A DNA stretch of 64,000 nt, taken from assembly GCA_016618085.1 (NCBI GenBank), contig JABLTG010000014.1, forward strand, positions 62,001 to 126,000, in the 5' to 3' direction. The stretch comes from Neovahlkampfia damariscottae (Eukaryota). A program made the translations under genes and the position numbers. Under the pieces are notes generated by a model. The model saw only the letters and a program-made list of their open reading frames with translations, searched no databases and was not told the origin of the DNA. Below are positions 22,642 through 35,209 of the stretch, piece after piece (within the stretch, counting starts at the first letter, position 1; each line of letters begins with the position of its first letter).

Positions 22642-25600
22642 TTATTTTTCAAATTCTTTACTTTGATCTTTTGGAGTTTTTGGAGATTCATCTTCATCAT
22701 ATTGAATTTTTAATTGTTTTTCTGGAGATGGAGTTCTTCTTTTAATTGTATAAGTTGTACCACCAACAGTAACAGTATTTGATCTTGATTCTTCTTCTGG
22801 TATTTCAACTTTTGTATAAAATAAATCTTCATTTTTTGGATCATCATCAGTATTTGTTAAAACAATAATATCACCATCATTTAATTCATATTTATCTTTC
22901 ATTGATTTTCCTTCTTCATCTTCTACCATTGTAACAAATGCTTTTGAACTATAATAAAATCTATTAATCAACATTTTATCTGAATCAATTTTAAAATATT
23001 TTGATAATTCATTTTTAAATTCTTTAAAAGAAGATAATGATTGTTTATCAAATGCAATTTCATATCCTTCTTTATAACTTTGTTTTGAAACATCACGTTG
23101 ACGAATACATAAATAAATTGGATAACAATCTTCAATAGATTCTTTTTTATCATCAATTTGATCTTGTACTGGTTCATCAAATACTTGAACACCAACTTCA
23201 ATATCATCATAAAATTTTAAATCTTTTAAAGTTGTTTTAAAAAATGATGTTGATAAAATTGAATATGGTCTGAAAAATCCTTGTGAATCTTTTACAAGAT
23301 ATCTTGTTCTAACATATTGAGCTCCTTTTGCTTTTCTAAATTCATAAACATTTAAAATCTTTTTTTGTAATTCTTCAAAAGTACAATATTCAGATACCAT
23401 TTTCCAAGATTCAAAACTTGTCATTCTTGGGTTACAAATTGATTTTGATTCTCCAGGTGGCCATTTTAATGCATATACTTTTACTCCAATCTTTTCTTTT
23501 CTTGGTGCTTCATCAAGTTCAACCCAAAGTTTATTTCCATTACGTAAATTTAATGTAAAAAGTGTAACATCTTCATCATCAATTGTTGATCCAGGCATAT
23601 TATGCCAATTACTATCTTCACGTAAAATGAAATGATGTACAGAAATACATTTATTTGCTGCTACTTCCATTAATTTTGATTTTCTTTTTAAAAGGTATTA
23701 ATTGTATAAACTTCTTACACATCTCTAATTGATGATTGACGATCAAATTTAAATTCCCAAATTTCTGATTTCTTTGAATAACCATAAACATGTTCAATTA
23801 ATTTTATTGTAACTTCTTTGTCAAGGAATTTTTGTTCAATAACTAAACTATCATAATTTTCAATTTTAGCATCTTCTAAAGTTGGTGTTTCATCTTCAAT
23901 TGGATCACCAAGACCATTACGATAACTTCTTCTAAAATAACATGTTTTTGGATCAACTGATTCTTTAAAACCATGATATTCTTTAATTTCTTTTAAAACA
24001 TTTTCTTTTAATTCTGCAATAGTCCATGTTGTTTTACATTTTGAAGTCCATGTACTTTTTTTATCATCAAAAAGTGAAGCATCTGTAACTTTATCAGTTA
24101 CATGAAGTGATATTTCTGATTTTTCATTTTCATATTGTTGAATAACAAAAGGAACTTTTTCATTTCCTTTTAAACTTTTATCTTCAACAGAAATTGCTGA
24201 GTTTTCCATAGCTGATAAAGCAAATAAAGGAGTATCTGGATCTTCATTTGTAACTTCAACAGGTCTTCTATTCCATCTTAATTTATGAATCTTTTGATTT
24301 TTAACTTTAACTTTTGTAAAGTCTTCAAGAGCAGATCTAAACTTCTTCCAAGTTGAAACAGGCGTAAAAGTAACTGAATGTTGTGGTGGTTCACTAGCTG
24401 AATCAAATACATAAATTCTTAAACTCATATAACTATCTTTACCACGTGCTAAAGTTATTTTTTGAAGTGTTTGTGGATTAGCAGCGAGAACATGAATTCT
24501 ATTTGTAATATATTTTGTTTTTCTTAATGTTACATCATCTTCACCACTCATTACACAATTAACTTTGTATCTATCTGCAGACATCATCATTTGTTGTCTA
24601 TCCATATAATATAATTGAAAGTTCTTTGGAAGAGCATCATCTTTAAATTTCTTTCTAATAACTTCATAAAAATCTTTTAATTTCATATCTTTTGGACCAT
24701 CCACTTTTTGATATGTATCTCCTCCATCATGTTGAAAATCATAATTTTGTGGTCTTAAATATTCTTCATGACAAACTTTAAAAGTTAAGAAAAAATGAAT
24801 AAAACAAACCAAAAAACTCAGGAAGATAAACATGAACTTGATAAATAGTTTCTTCATATTCAAGTCTTTCTTTTTCTTTTTTTGCTTTTTCTTTTTCTTC
24901 TTCAATTGCTGTTTTAAGATGTTCTGGAATTGTAGTTAAAGCATTACAAAGTTTTTCATAAGGTTTCATATTTTTACGTCTATAAAATAACATATATGCA
25001 GATTCATCTTGACCTTCAATGCCACCAAATTGTTTTTCTAAATCAGTTTTCGTGATTGGTGAAACATATTTATCATTAAAGTCATACCATTGATAAGATT
25101 CTTCTGTTGATTTACCTGAAAATTGACCAACTTTACATTTTCCTTCACCCAAAATATCTTTTATATAAGCATGATAATGTCCTTTATGTGCAGAACCAAC
25201 ATGAATAACAACACTTGTTAATTCATAAATTAATTCATCTTTTCCAAGTTGTGAGTTTTGTTCATTTTTTTCAACAAATTCTGATAAATCTAATTCTTCT
25301 GGAAAATCAAATCTTTGATTAATTTTTGTTCTAATTCCTCTTTGCCAATCATAATCAAAACGATTAACAGAGAACATTAAAAGAGGTGGTAAATTTCTAA
25401 TAAAAATAGTTTTCTTTGCATCAACTTTTTTAGCACAAGTATCACAAGCATATTGAATATCACCAACTAAATCTTCTTCTTCTAAATATTTTCTTAAAGA
25501 TTCATAAATATTATTATATTTTGTTTGTGTAACCATATCTTTTAAAAATAAAGGAATATCAATAAATTCTTCAATTCTTTCACTTGTATATCCACATGTC

Positions 25601-26442
25601 AAACATTTGATTTTATTTACAGTTTTTCCTCTGTATAAAGTATCAAGAATATCTTTATGTTCTGTTTTTTTAATTGATTTTCCAAATACATCAAATAATA
25701 CTCTTGTTAATTCTTGTACATCATGTTGTTCAAAATAAACATGACTACTTTTCCATCCAAATGCTTTTGTTAACTCTTCTGTACTTGTCCATGGTTTATT
25801 TAAATGTAAAAGATTTGTAAAAAGTTTTTGAATTTGAATTGGAATAATTTTTGGTTTTTTTTCTTTCTTTTTCTTTTCTTCTTCAAGTTTTTTTAATTCT
25901 TCTTCTTCCGCTTTTTTTTCTTCTTCTGTCAAATCTGGATAACTAAAACCATTATCGAGTAACCAATTCATAACTTCATTATTTTTTGAAAGTCTTCTTC
26001 CTTTCTTTTCAAAAGCTGCTTTGATAGCATTTTTATTGAAACCCATATCTTGATATTGTTCAAATCCAAGTTCTGGTTCTGGTAATTTTTCTTCTTTCTT
26101 CATTTCAGTATTTTCATCCTTTTATAATATTTAACCTTTTTTTTTTCTTACTTGATAGTTCAAGTCGTCTTTTGTGAGTTTGAAAATTGTAGATCTAAAT
26201 TCAGGTGTCATATAAAGATTTTGAACAATACTATTCAAATAACATGTAGCTCCTTGATTTTCAAGACCTAAAAATCCAGAAGGTTGTCTATCATATTTTT
26301 TGCACTGGGATTCATAAACTTCTTGAAGTGTTTGCTTTTTTTTTTCAGTTGAAGATGAACTACCAGTTTCATTTGGTGCTTGTTTATTATCTTCATCTTC
26401 CATTGCTGCTCCCACAATACCTAAAGTTGTTTCATCTGACAT
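22642..26442 (-). CDS. Ubiquitin carboxyl-terminal hydrolase (USP40/47-like) with C-terminal ubiquitin-like repeats (3 introns)
   Basis: GLENQGATCYLNS Cys box, QHDVQE, HVGSAHKGHYHAYI His box, WYDFND, SAYMLFYR. Confidence 0.92.
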
Positions 26443-26658
26443 TTATTCTTTAGAAATTTTCTTTATGTTTTGTTGGTTATTTTTAATAACCAATAAGACT
26501 TGTTTTTATTAATACCGTCCAATTAAAACCTATAATTTTCCCAACCCCCGTCGAAAGAATTGAACTGAAAAAATTAATTTTTTCTTAAATAAAATTCAAA
26601 TAAAATTTTTTGCATTTATTTTTTTATTTTGATTGGTTTGACAAAAGAAAAAAAAAAA

Positions 26659-28193
26659 TTATTTTGATTCTTGCTTATTCTCCAAAAAATTAAGTTCAAT
26701 CAATTTCTTTTTTGCACTTTCATTCCCTTGAAGATATGCTTTTTTGAACCAAAATGCGGCCATTATAACATCCTTTTCAATACCCAAACCTTTTTCATAA
26801 CATAAACCTAAACCAAATTCAGCATTTTCATCATTTTTTTCTGCTGCTTTTTGAAACCAATATACAGCCTGCTCATAATCTTTTTCAACACCATTTCCAT
26901 TTAAAAAACAATTACCATAATGATATTGACCACTTGGATTACCCTTTGTTGCCGATTTTTTAAAAAATATTGCTGCTTGTTCAAAATTTTTTTCAATTCC
27001 AATTCCTTGATAAAAAAAAAGACCTAAATAAAATTGACCATTTGAATTTCCTTGATCAGATGCTTTATGATACCAATAAGCAGCTTTTGAATAATCTTGT
27101 TCTGTACCAATTCCACTTTCATAACATAATGCTAAATTACATTGTCCAGTTGAATAATCTTGTTCTGCTGATTTTTTAAACCAAAAAAATGCTTGTTTTG
27201 GATCAGCTAAAACACCTTGACCATTATTATAACAATTTCCTAAATTGCATTGAGCTCTAAAATCACCTGATTCTGCTGATCTTTTATACCAATAAAATGC
27301 TTTTTCAAAATTTTGTTCTATACCTTTTCCTTCATCATAACAATAAGCTAAATTAAATTGAGCAATAAAATCACCTAACTCCGCTGCTTTTTTAAAAAAA
27401 TCAACTGACTTTTCATAATTTCCTAATAAATAATGAGCTTTTCCAATGAAAGTAAAATGTTTTTCATTTTTTAAGTTAAAATTAATAACTCTATGTAAAA
27501 TTTGTTTCGCTTCATCAAGTTGACCAATTTTTTTTAAAGATTCAGCTTTATAAACTAAAATTATTGGATTATTTGTTTGTTCATATTCTTTACAAATTTT
27601 TAAAACTTCTTTTGCATTCGTTTGTCTTAATTGAAGTATTTTATAAATAATTTCAGAAGGTATCTCTTTTGTTTGAAGAAAAATACATTCTTTTAATAAC
27701 TTTTGAAATTGAATTTTGTCAAAAAATGCTTCATATTCTTTTAAATGCTTTTCTTGTATCATTTGACTTTCTTTTCCTTCGATAAATGGATTTTGTAATA
27801 AATGAACATCTTCTTTTAATATTTTCAGTTCAATTTGTAATTTTTCTTTCAATTCTTCAAAATGAATACTTATTATTCGATCTAATTCAATTTTATTTTT
27901 TTCCAGTTTTTCGAGTTGGTTTGCATTGTTTTTTGTTATTTTTTCAATTTCTTGAATTCTTTTATCTTCTAAACTTTCTTCATTTGATAAAGAATTTAAA
28001 TTTTGTAAATGACCTTGTTTCTTTTCTCCTCTATGAGATATTTTGAGACAATCTGAACAAAAGAATTTCTGACAATCTGTGCATATTATTGTGGCTACAG
28101 CTTCATCACAAATATCTTTTTCAATTTTAATTCAATTATATATTTTTTACCACAAGTTATTGTAGAGTTAGTGTGTACTTTCTTCAAAGACAT
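26659..28193 (-). CDS. B-box zinc finger + coiled coil + TPR/Sel1-like repeat protein (1 intron)
   Basis: The spliced N-terminus TC|DICDEAVATIICTDCQKFFCSDCLKISHRGEKKQGH is in frame with the Sel1 ORF (AQFNLAYCYDEGKG...KAFYWY repeats). Confidence 0.85.
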
Positions 28194-28386
28194 CACAAAA
28201 AAAATTGATTGGTGACAAATTTTCCTTCACGAATAAAAAACTTTCTATGATCCAAATTGACCCTTTTTTAGTTAAATTTAATTTAAAGTTTTATTTGAAC
28301 CCAATATTTTTCCAAAACGTGTTCAAAAATTAACCAATCATTTAATTTTCGAAAATTTAATTTAATTTTTTAAAAAAAAAGATATT

Positions 28387-28979
28387 TTATTTTTTTGAAA
28401 ATCCAGAACCAATTCCTTGAGTACTTATACCTGTATAACCTGTTGTTCTTCCAATTTTTTGAACTTGTTGCGAACCACCTTGTTTAATTGAAGCTTGATC
28501 TTGTTTATGTAAATCTCTAATATCACCTAAAATATCTTCTTTGTTTGTTTCAAGAACTAAACCACCCATGATAAGTTCATCTAAAATATAATGAACTTTA
28601 TCAGAACGGAAAATAATATCTAATTCGCAAACGTTTTCAAAAGAAGCATCTAAAATTTCAACAAATACAGTTATTAAATCTAATGTTCCAAGTTCACTTT
28701 CTGATTCATCAACAATAAAAATAAAATATAAAGTTGCGAATTGTAAATATATAATTTTGTTTCCTTTGCCCCAAATTGAACCACCTTCAAGGAAATTACA
28801 GTTACCTTTTAATCTTCTGTGAATAAGTTGATAAACTTCTTTAACTGCTTTAACTTGAAGTGAATGTTCCTTTTTTAAAAAAATGTTTAATTTTTGTTCT
28901 TTTTCTTTACAATATCCTCATAGAATTTACTAAGACGTACTTTTCCAGATTCATTTACAATCAAAACTCCTTTAATCAT
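28387..28979 (-). CDS. AP3S: AP-3 complex subunit sigma (1 intron)
   Basis: MIKGVLIVNESGKVRLSKFY, CNFLEGG, ATLYFIFIVDESESELGTLDLI, FENVCELDIIF, MGGLVLETN. Confidence 0.9.
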
Positions 28980-29156
28980 GACGTCTTTTGTAGTTGTGTT
29001 TTTCTTTTTTAAATAAAAAAATTTAATTGGTTGTTAAATTCCAACTGAATTCATTGGAAGTTGAAGAGAAAAAAAAATTCACTTTGAAATAAGAATTTAT
29101 TTTCTTCAATTTTCTTCACAATAATATGGTCATTTCAATTATTTACAAACTTTTGA

Positions 29157-31413
29157 TCAATATGGTTTTTGATAATACTTTCCGTCTATATATTTTATAT
29201 TTTCGTATTCTTTTAATAGATCCTTGAACTCTTGACTATTATAAATGAATTTATGATAATTTTCTGTTCGAATTAAATCAAATATATCTTGAAAAAGAGT
29301 ATCAAATAAATTAGATGGACAATCATTTTTATGTTCAATAACATATGCAATCTCTTCTTGTCTCACATTAATTTCTTCATCTGATTTACTCAATAAATAT
29401 TTATCAATAATTATATCAGCTAAATCTTGTTTTCTTTCTTGATTTGTTTCTTGTTTAAATGCTAAAACATCATCATAGAAATGTATATTTTCTGAACAAT
29501 AAATTCGATCTGAATATTTCAAAAAATACTCTTTTAAATGATCATTTTCTAAAATAAAATCTAATGTATAAGTCTCAATGATGGCTATAAAAGTTATTAT
29601 TTTTTTTAAAACAAACTTGATATTAGAACTTCACTCAAGGAATCCATTCTTGGTGTATCTCCTGTTTTATTCTTTTTAAATATTTGTGAAATTCCTAAAT
29701 CTAAATTGTAAATATTAATATCATTTCCTTACTCAAATTAAATGATTTTTTTCTATCATCCACTTTTGTTGGTGTACTAATATCCCTTGATCGTCCAGAA
29801 CGAGGTGTTCCTGTTGAATTAGATTTTGGTGATATCATCGAATTTTTATCTTCAGTTGGTGATGAAGAATGATTATCAGTTTCTTTTTGACCTTCTGAGA
29901 ATAATATTTCTGATGTTTTAGATTCAAAAAATTTTGGTTTTGATTTTTTTTTCTTTTTTGAGTGAAATTTTTGAAATTCTTTTTCTATATGTGACTCATC
30001 ATCCACTGGAATCGGTTCTTGTTCTTCTTCTTTCTCTTCTTCTTTTCTGTCCAATGATTTTGATCTCTTCTTTTTAAATTTTTCAGATGTTGTTACTTCT
30101 GTAAATGGTACTCCATTTAAATCATATTCTAAATGTTTCCATAATTTTGTTGAAGGATTTCTTAAAAGAACTTCATTTTCTATTTTTGGATTTAGTGATT
30201 TTTTCAAATGATATTGAAATGCTGAATTGAATGAATGTGTAAAACTGGATGCAAATGAATGAGCAAAAACATCTGAAAAATCAACAACATCTTCAAATGT
30301 TGCATCTTTTGATAAATTGGATTTCAAAGAATCTTTAAATGTATTTGGAAATGTTTGAATGAATGATTGATTAAATGAATTGGTAAATTCAACAATTTTT
30401 TCTTTTGAATAATTTTGATAATTTGGTAAAGATTCATATGAATTAAATCTTGATTTTGGTGAATCTAAATAATCACCAAAAATATCATCATCATTTTGTT
30501 TCTTTTTTGATAATTTTTTCATTTGTTCTTGTGAAAATGATACTTTTTCTTGTTCTCTTCCAAGTGATTTTCTTTGTCTTGGAGATGGATCTATTAATTT
30601 TTTTTTTAATTTTGGTGTTCCATTTGATGTATTAGGTGATTGTGATGAAAATGATAATTCAGGACTAAGTAAATAATCTTCCATTTTATCACCTTCTAAT
30701 AATACATTTCCAGAACTATACTTTGTTTTGAAGACAAATTGTTGTGTATTTGGATCTGAAGACTCTTCAGTTGGATCTAGTATGGTCTTTTTCTTTGTTT
30801 CAAATTTGGATCTTGATAATTTCTTTTCCATTTGGTTTGCAGCATGAGAAATTAAATCTTCAGTGCTTGCGTTGGCAAGTTGTTCGTCTTTTATGGAAAC
30901 ATCAGAATTTGTTGAATGAGGTGATACTATTACTTTTACATCTTCAATGGGTTGTTTTAATTTTTCTCCTTTTTCTTTTTTTATTTCTTTCGTTTCTTGT
31001 TTTTTTTTTGTTTCTTTGTCCACCAGTGTTTTGGTTATAACTGTGTCATTTGTGGATTTCCTTTGTTTATTATGTTTTCTTTCATGCAATTCAAATTGAT
31101 TTGCTTTCATATTTCCATCACTGAGCGTCTTTTCAGTAATAGGAAAAATGTTATGCAATATTTTTTCTTCTTTTGAAACTAATGAATTACTTCTAATTCT
31201 ATTTGCTGTTTCCTTTTCAAAATTTTTTGATTTTCTTTTTGTTTGTCTCGTTTTTTCTTGAACTGGCTGAGGTGAAGTAGTTTTTGTGATTGTTGCTGAC
31301 TCATTTCCAACACTCTTTTTCAGCTGCTCAAATTGAGTTATTTTTAGCCGAACAGAACTTAAATTGTTTTCTATTTTCTTGTCTTCTTTCAAACTATCAG
31401 TTTCCACGCTCAT
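29157..31413 (-). CDS. RGS-domain protein with long low-complexity N-terminus (2 introns)
   Basis: C-terminal YCSENIHFY...IIDKYL..SDEEINV...LIRTENYHKF is an RGS domain, joined to the upstream 574-aa ORF by mini-introns. Confidence 0.8.
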
Positions 31414-31459
31414 CAAGGTTGTCAAAACAAGTTCAAGTTTGATTGGTGGAAAAACAACG

Positions 31460-31858
31460 TGTAATTAACTGGAAAAGAAGAAATAGTTTATTTTACTCTT
31501 ATACCAACATTACTCAACCTTCAATATCTTCCTGTTCTTTTTCCATCAATTTGAATTGGACACTTTTGAAAAAACTGACTTCCATCCACTCGCATCTCTG
31601 AAATAAGCATTTTTTTCTTTTGTACGAACATGAATTAGAGAAACTTGTAGAAAAAGGTTATGGTACGACTGAGATAAACTTTTAAGACTCGACTGGGACT
31701 GGTAAACAAGAAGACTGACTGGTGTCTTTTTGCTTCGAACTAAACTAGATACTTTATTTGACCAATGGTTAATCTTATATATGATTCGTTCACGGCATAA
31801 ACGTACTTTAACTTGATTTAACGGTTTCCTAAAATAGCTAATTTGTTTTATTACAACA
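31460..31858 (-). repeat. Putative 3' LTR (399 bp) of a Ty3/gypsy element
   Basis: On the minus strand, the purine run GGGGGAG (31865-31859) is followed directly by TGTTG... and the segment ends ...TTAATTACA. TATA-like and AATAAA motifs are internal. Confidence 0.65.
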
Positions 31859-32560
31859 CTCCCCCGAATTTGACTTAAATATTTAACTTCTCAACTGGTT
31901 TTCTTTTTGTTCATTATTTCTTTGAATCTGAATCTTTTTTAACTTTCTTGGTTTGTTATCACTTTCTACTGTTCTTTAATTTTTTCTTTTTGAATAACTA
32001 CACTATCTGTGATTTTGTTTTCCGAGATTCTGAATCATCAAAAAGATATTTTGTTTCTTCACTGAAAGATCCTAGGTTTGATAAAGTTGATACGTGTGCA
32101 TCAAATGTTTTGATTTCTTTGGATTCATTTTCAACATCTACAATGATTGATCGATTAGCTTTTTTGTTGATTTCAATAACTTTGTATGGTCCAAAAAATC
32201 TTGGACGAAATTTGTTTCTAATGCCATTTCCTCTTGGTTGTACAAGGACTCTGCCACCGACTTTGACTCTTGATATGAGGTATTTCTTATATAAAGTACT
32301 TTTAACATTATTTCTTTGATCAATTTTAGCTTGAATAATAGCAGGAATAACATGGATTCTTATGAATTTGTTTCTCTTCATGATAAGATCATATTGTTCT
32401 TTAAGATCTTTTTCAGTTAAATTTTTGAATTTGAATTCTGGAGCATGAAAATTATAATTATGTTTTAAACTAAATGGAGTTGAATTTGTTTCAGTTAATG
32501 AGTTCAAATATGAACAAATAAAAAGTGTAATAAAATTAAGATTAGCATTCAAAGGTAAAC
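31460..32560 (-). mobile_element. 5'-truncated Ty3/gypsy LTR retrotransposon remnant (integrase C-terminus, PPT, LTR)
   Basis: STPFSL...VKVGGRVLV...KFRPRFFGPYKVIEI...HVSTL is the GPY/F integrase C-terminal signature. The left (5') junction is approximate. Confidence 0.75.
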
Positions 32561-33209
32561 AAGTAAAATCAGCTTTTGAAAAGATTGAATTTACAAATAA
32601 AATATAAATTCTTTGAAATATTAAGATTTTGAATCTCAAACTCCTGAACTTCATTTTTGGATCTGTCAAAATCATCCAGTTTTGTAATTCTACTTTTTGT
32701 TTCTTTGTTATTAAACCTGACTCTTCGTCTTCATTTCCAATTCTTCAATTTTGTTGTTGTTTGCATGTATTCAAGCTGTTGCTGACTTGTCTCAAACATG
32801 ACAATGGTTATAAAATTACCTTAATTGAAAAAATTCATCCATCTTAGTTCGAATTGACTCTTCTGTTGAAAATGAAACTCTTTTTTCTTCTTTGATTTTT
32901 TTCCTTGTTGAATGATTTTTTGTTGTTTTGGTTTTCTTTAGCAATTCTCTTTGAGGTATGTTGTGGAATTTTCTGGTGTGATTGAAATTGTTGACTGAAA
33001 AGTGCTCTTCAAAAGCTTCATCAAAATTCGAGAGATCATCATTTCCAAAAGAAAGTTTTGAAATGATTGGTCAAATGTTACAAGCCAATCAACTTCAAAT
33101 TCCTTTCAAACATCAACAGGTAGTTGCTATATTTTAAAAATTCAAAGTTCTTGAGCCCAGAAATATATCATTTTTTTTACTTTTTTTTATCCAATTAGAC
33201 GTTCTACTC

Positions 33210-33703
33210 ATGAGTATCAACTCAAACCTCATCAAAGAAACTTGGATAAACCTTTCAACATCGTCACCAATAAATAATGTCCCACCTTTAGTTGCTTTTT
33301 CAGCCACATTCTATAACACTCTCTTCCAAGAACATCCAGAATACAAAAAAAAATTTTTCAGTGAAACAGATATGGCTGTAAGAAAATTGAAATTCAATTT
33401 AATTATTTTCCATAGGAACAAGGCAAGAAATTGGTCAAAATTCTCGGAGTAGCAGTGAAATCTTGTGATCGAATCGAAGAACTAATTGATCCTTTATCTA
33501 AATTGGGTGAAAGACATGCGATGTACGGTGTACTTGAAGAAGATGAATATATGCATGTTGGACAATCTCTTTTGTTTGCCTTAGAAACTCATTTGGGCGA
33601 ATTTTGGACAAAAGAAGTCGAAGAAGCATGGACAAACACTTACGTCGCTCTTAGTAAAGTAATGATTGAAGCTACAAAAAAATATCTGGAAAAAAATAAA
33701 TAA
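33210..33703 (-). other. Antisense ORFs over the globin gene (non-coding shadow; the real gene is on +)
   Basis: The minus-strand ORFs 33581-33822 show no motif and overlap the globin 3' end. Confidence 0.2.
33210..33703 (+). CDS. Single-domain globin (flavohaemoglobin-like M family), 1 intron
   Basis: FYNTLFQEHPEYKKKF, DMA|EQGKKL, LGERHAMYGV, VGQSLLFALETHLG..WT..VEEAW. Confidence 0.9.
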
Positions 33704-33801
33704 ATTTTTTCTGTTGTTGTTTTTGGCAAATTTGTTCCAATTTGGCGAAAAAAACTCCAATAACTTCCAACTTGTTTGATTGGACCAACACAACACTTCG
33801 A

Positions 33802-35186
33802 ATGTTTACCAAACCGTTTCAAAAAAATTTAGCCGAAAAATTTAAAAAACTCTATAGTACAGCTCAAGGTACCTTTCATGTAAGCAAACAGAAACAACTA
33901 AAATATACTTTAAAGTACAAAGACTTGGTTATTGAAAAAACAGCGAACTTAAAACCAAAACCAGATTTAAATGAACCTTTACTTTTTGGTGCAAAGTCTA
34001 CAGATTACGTAAATCATTATTTCATACTTATTCGTTCATAGATGTTCGTTTTTTTTTTTAATTGAAAAATAAGGTTTGAATGCGACTGGAATATTAAGTC
34101 CGGATGGGATAAACCAAAAATTGTTCCATATCACAATTTATCTTTAGCACCTAGTGTTTCTTCATTACATTACGCTCTTCAATGTTTTGAAGGTCTTAAA
34201 AGTCATAGAAACCTTGATGGCAAAGACGAAGTTTATTTATTTCGTCCAGAATTGAACGCAGCTCGTTTTTCAACATCTTGTGAAAGGATAGCTCTTCCAG
34301 TAAGTTTTTTTTTTCATTTTTAAAATAATTTTTAAGACTTTTGATGAACAACAATTCGTTAAATGTTTAGCAGCTTTGATTAACGTTGAAAGAGATTGGG
34401 TTCCAGAAAAAGAAGGATTTAGTTTATATATTCGTCCAACCATGATCAGTACAACAGTAAGAAAAGACTTTTAAAATTATTTAAACTGTTTACAGACAAC
34501 ATTAGGTGTTGCTGCTCCTTCAGATGCAAAAATGTTCATAATTGTATCTCCTGTTGGTCCTTATTTTTCAAAGGGATTTCATCCTGTTTCTTTATATGCA
34601 TCAGAAAAATATGTTCGTGCTTTTCCAGGTAAACATATTTCAAATAGTTTTTTTTTAATTTAAAGGTGGTACTGGTCAATATAAAGTTGGATCAAATTAT
34701 GCAGGTGGAATATTCCCACAAAAATCAGTCAAAGAAAAAGGTTATGATCAAATTTTATGGTTATATGGAGAACAAAATTATGTTACTGAAGTAGGTACAA
34801 TGAATATGTTCTTTCAGATAATTAATGATGAAGGTAATAATGAACTGATTACAGCTCCACTTACAGATGGAACAATTTTACCTGGTGTGACTCGTCAAAC
34901 CATTCTTGAACTTTCACATTTATGGGGTGTAAAATCAACAGAAAAACAATACACAATTGATGATATTATTAAATACTCAGAAGAAGGAAGAATAATTGAA
35001 GCATTTGGATCAGGAACAGCAGCTATCATTTCACCAGTTGATTTGATTCATTATAGAGGAAAAGATATTAAAATTCCATGTGGAACAGAAGGAAGTTTAT
35101 CTAAAAAATTATTAGATTACATTTTGAACATTCAACACGGTAAAATTCAAAGTAAATATGTTAGAACAGTTAGATCATATTTGTAA
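33802..35186 (+). CDS. BCAT: Branched-chain amino acid aminotransferase, probably mitochondrial (6 introns, one 2-nt microexon)
   Basis: STDY|M|FECDW, LHYALQCFEGLK, SLYIRPT, YKVGSNYA, EVGTMNMF, ILPGVTR, FGSGTAA. Confidence 0.93.
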
Positions 35187-35209
35187 AAGAAGAAGAATAA
35201 AGTTTAATT

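Noticed and set aside
34451..34501. ACAACA direct repeat flanking a BCAT intron (introner-type TSD?)
   Set aside because: It encodes Thr-Thr|Thr-Thr with no length gain relative to the BCAT consensus, and no shared sequence family is visible among the introns.
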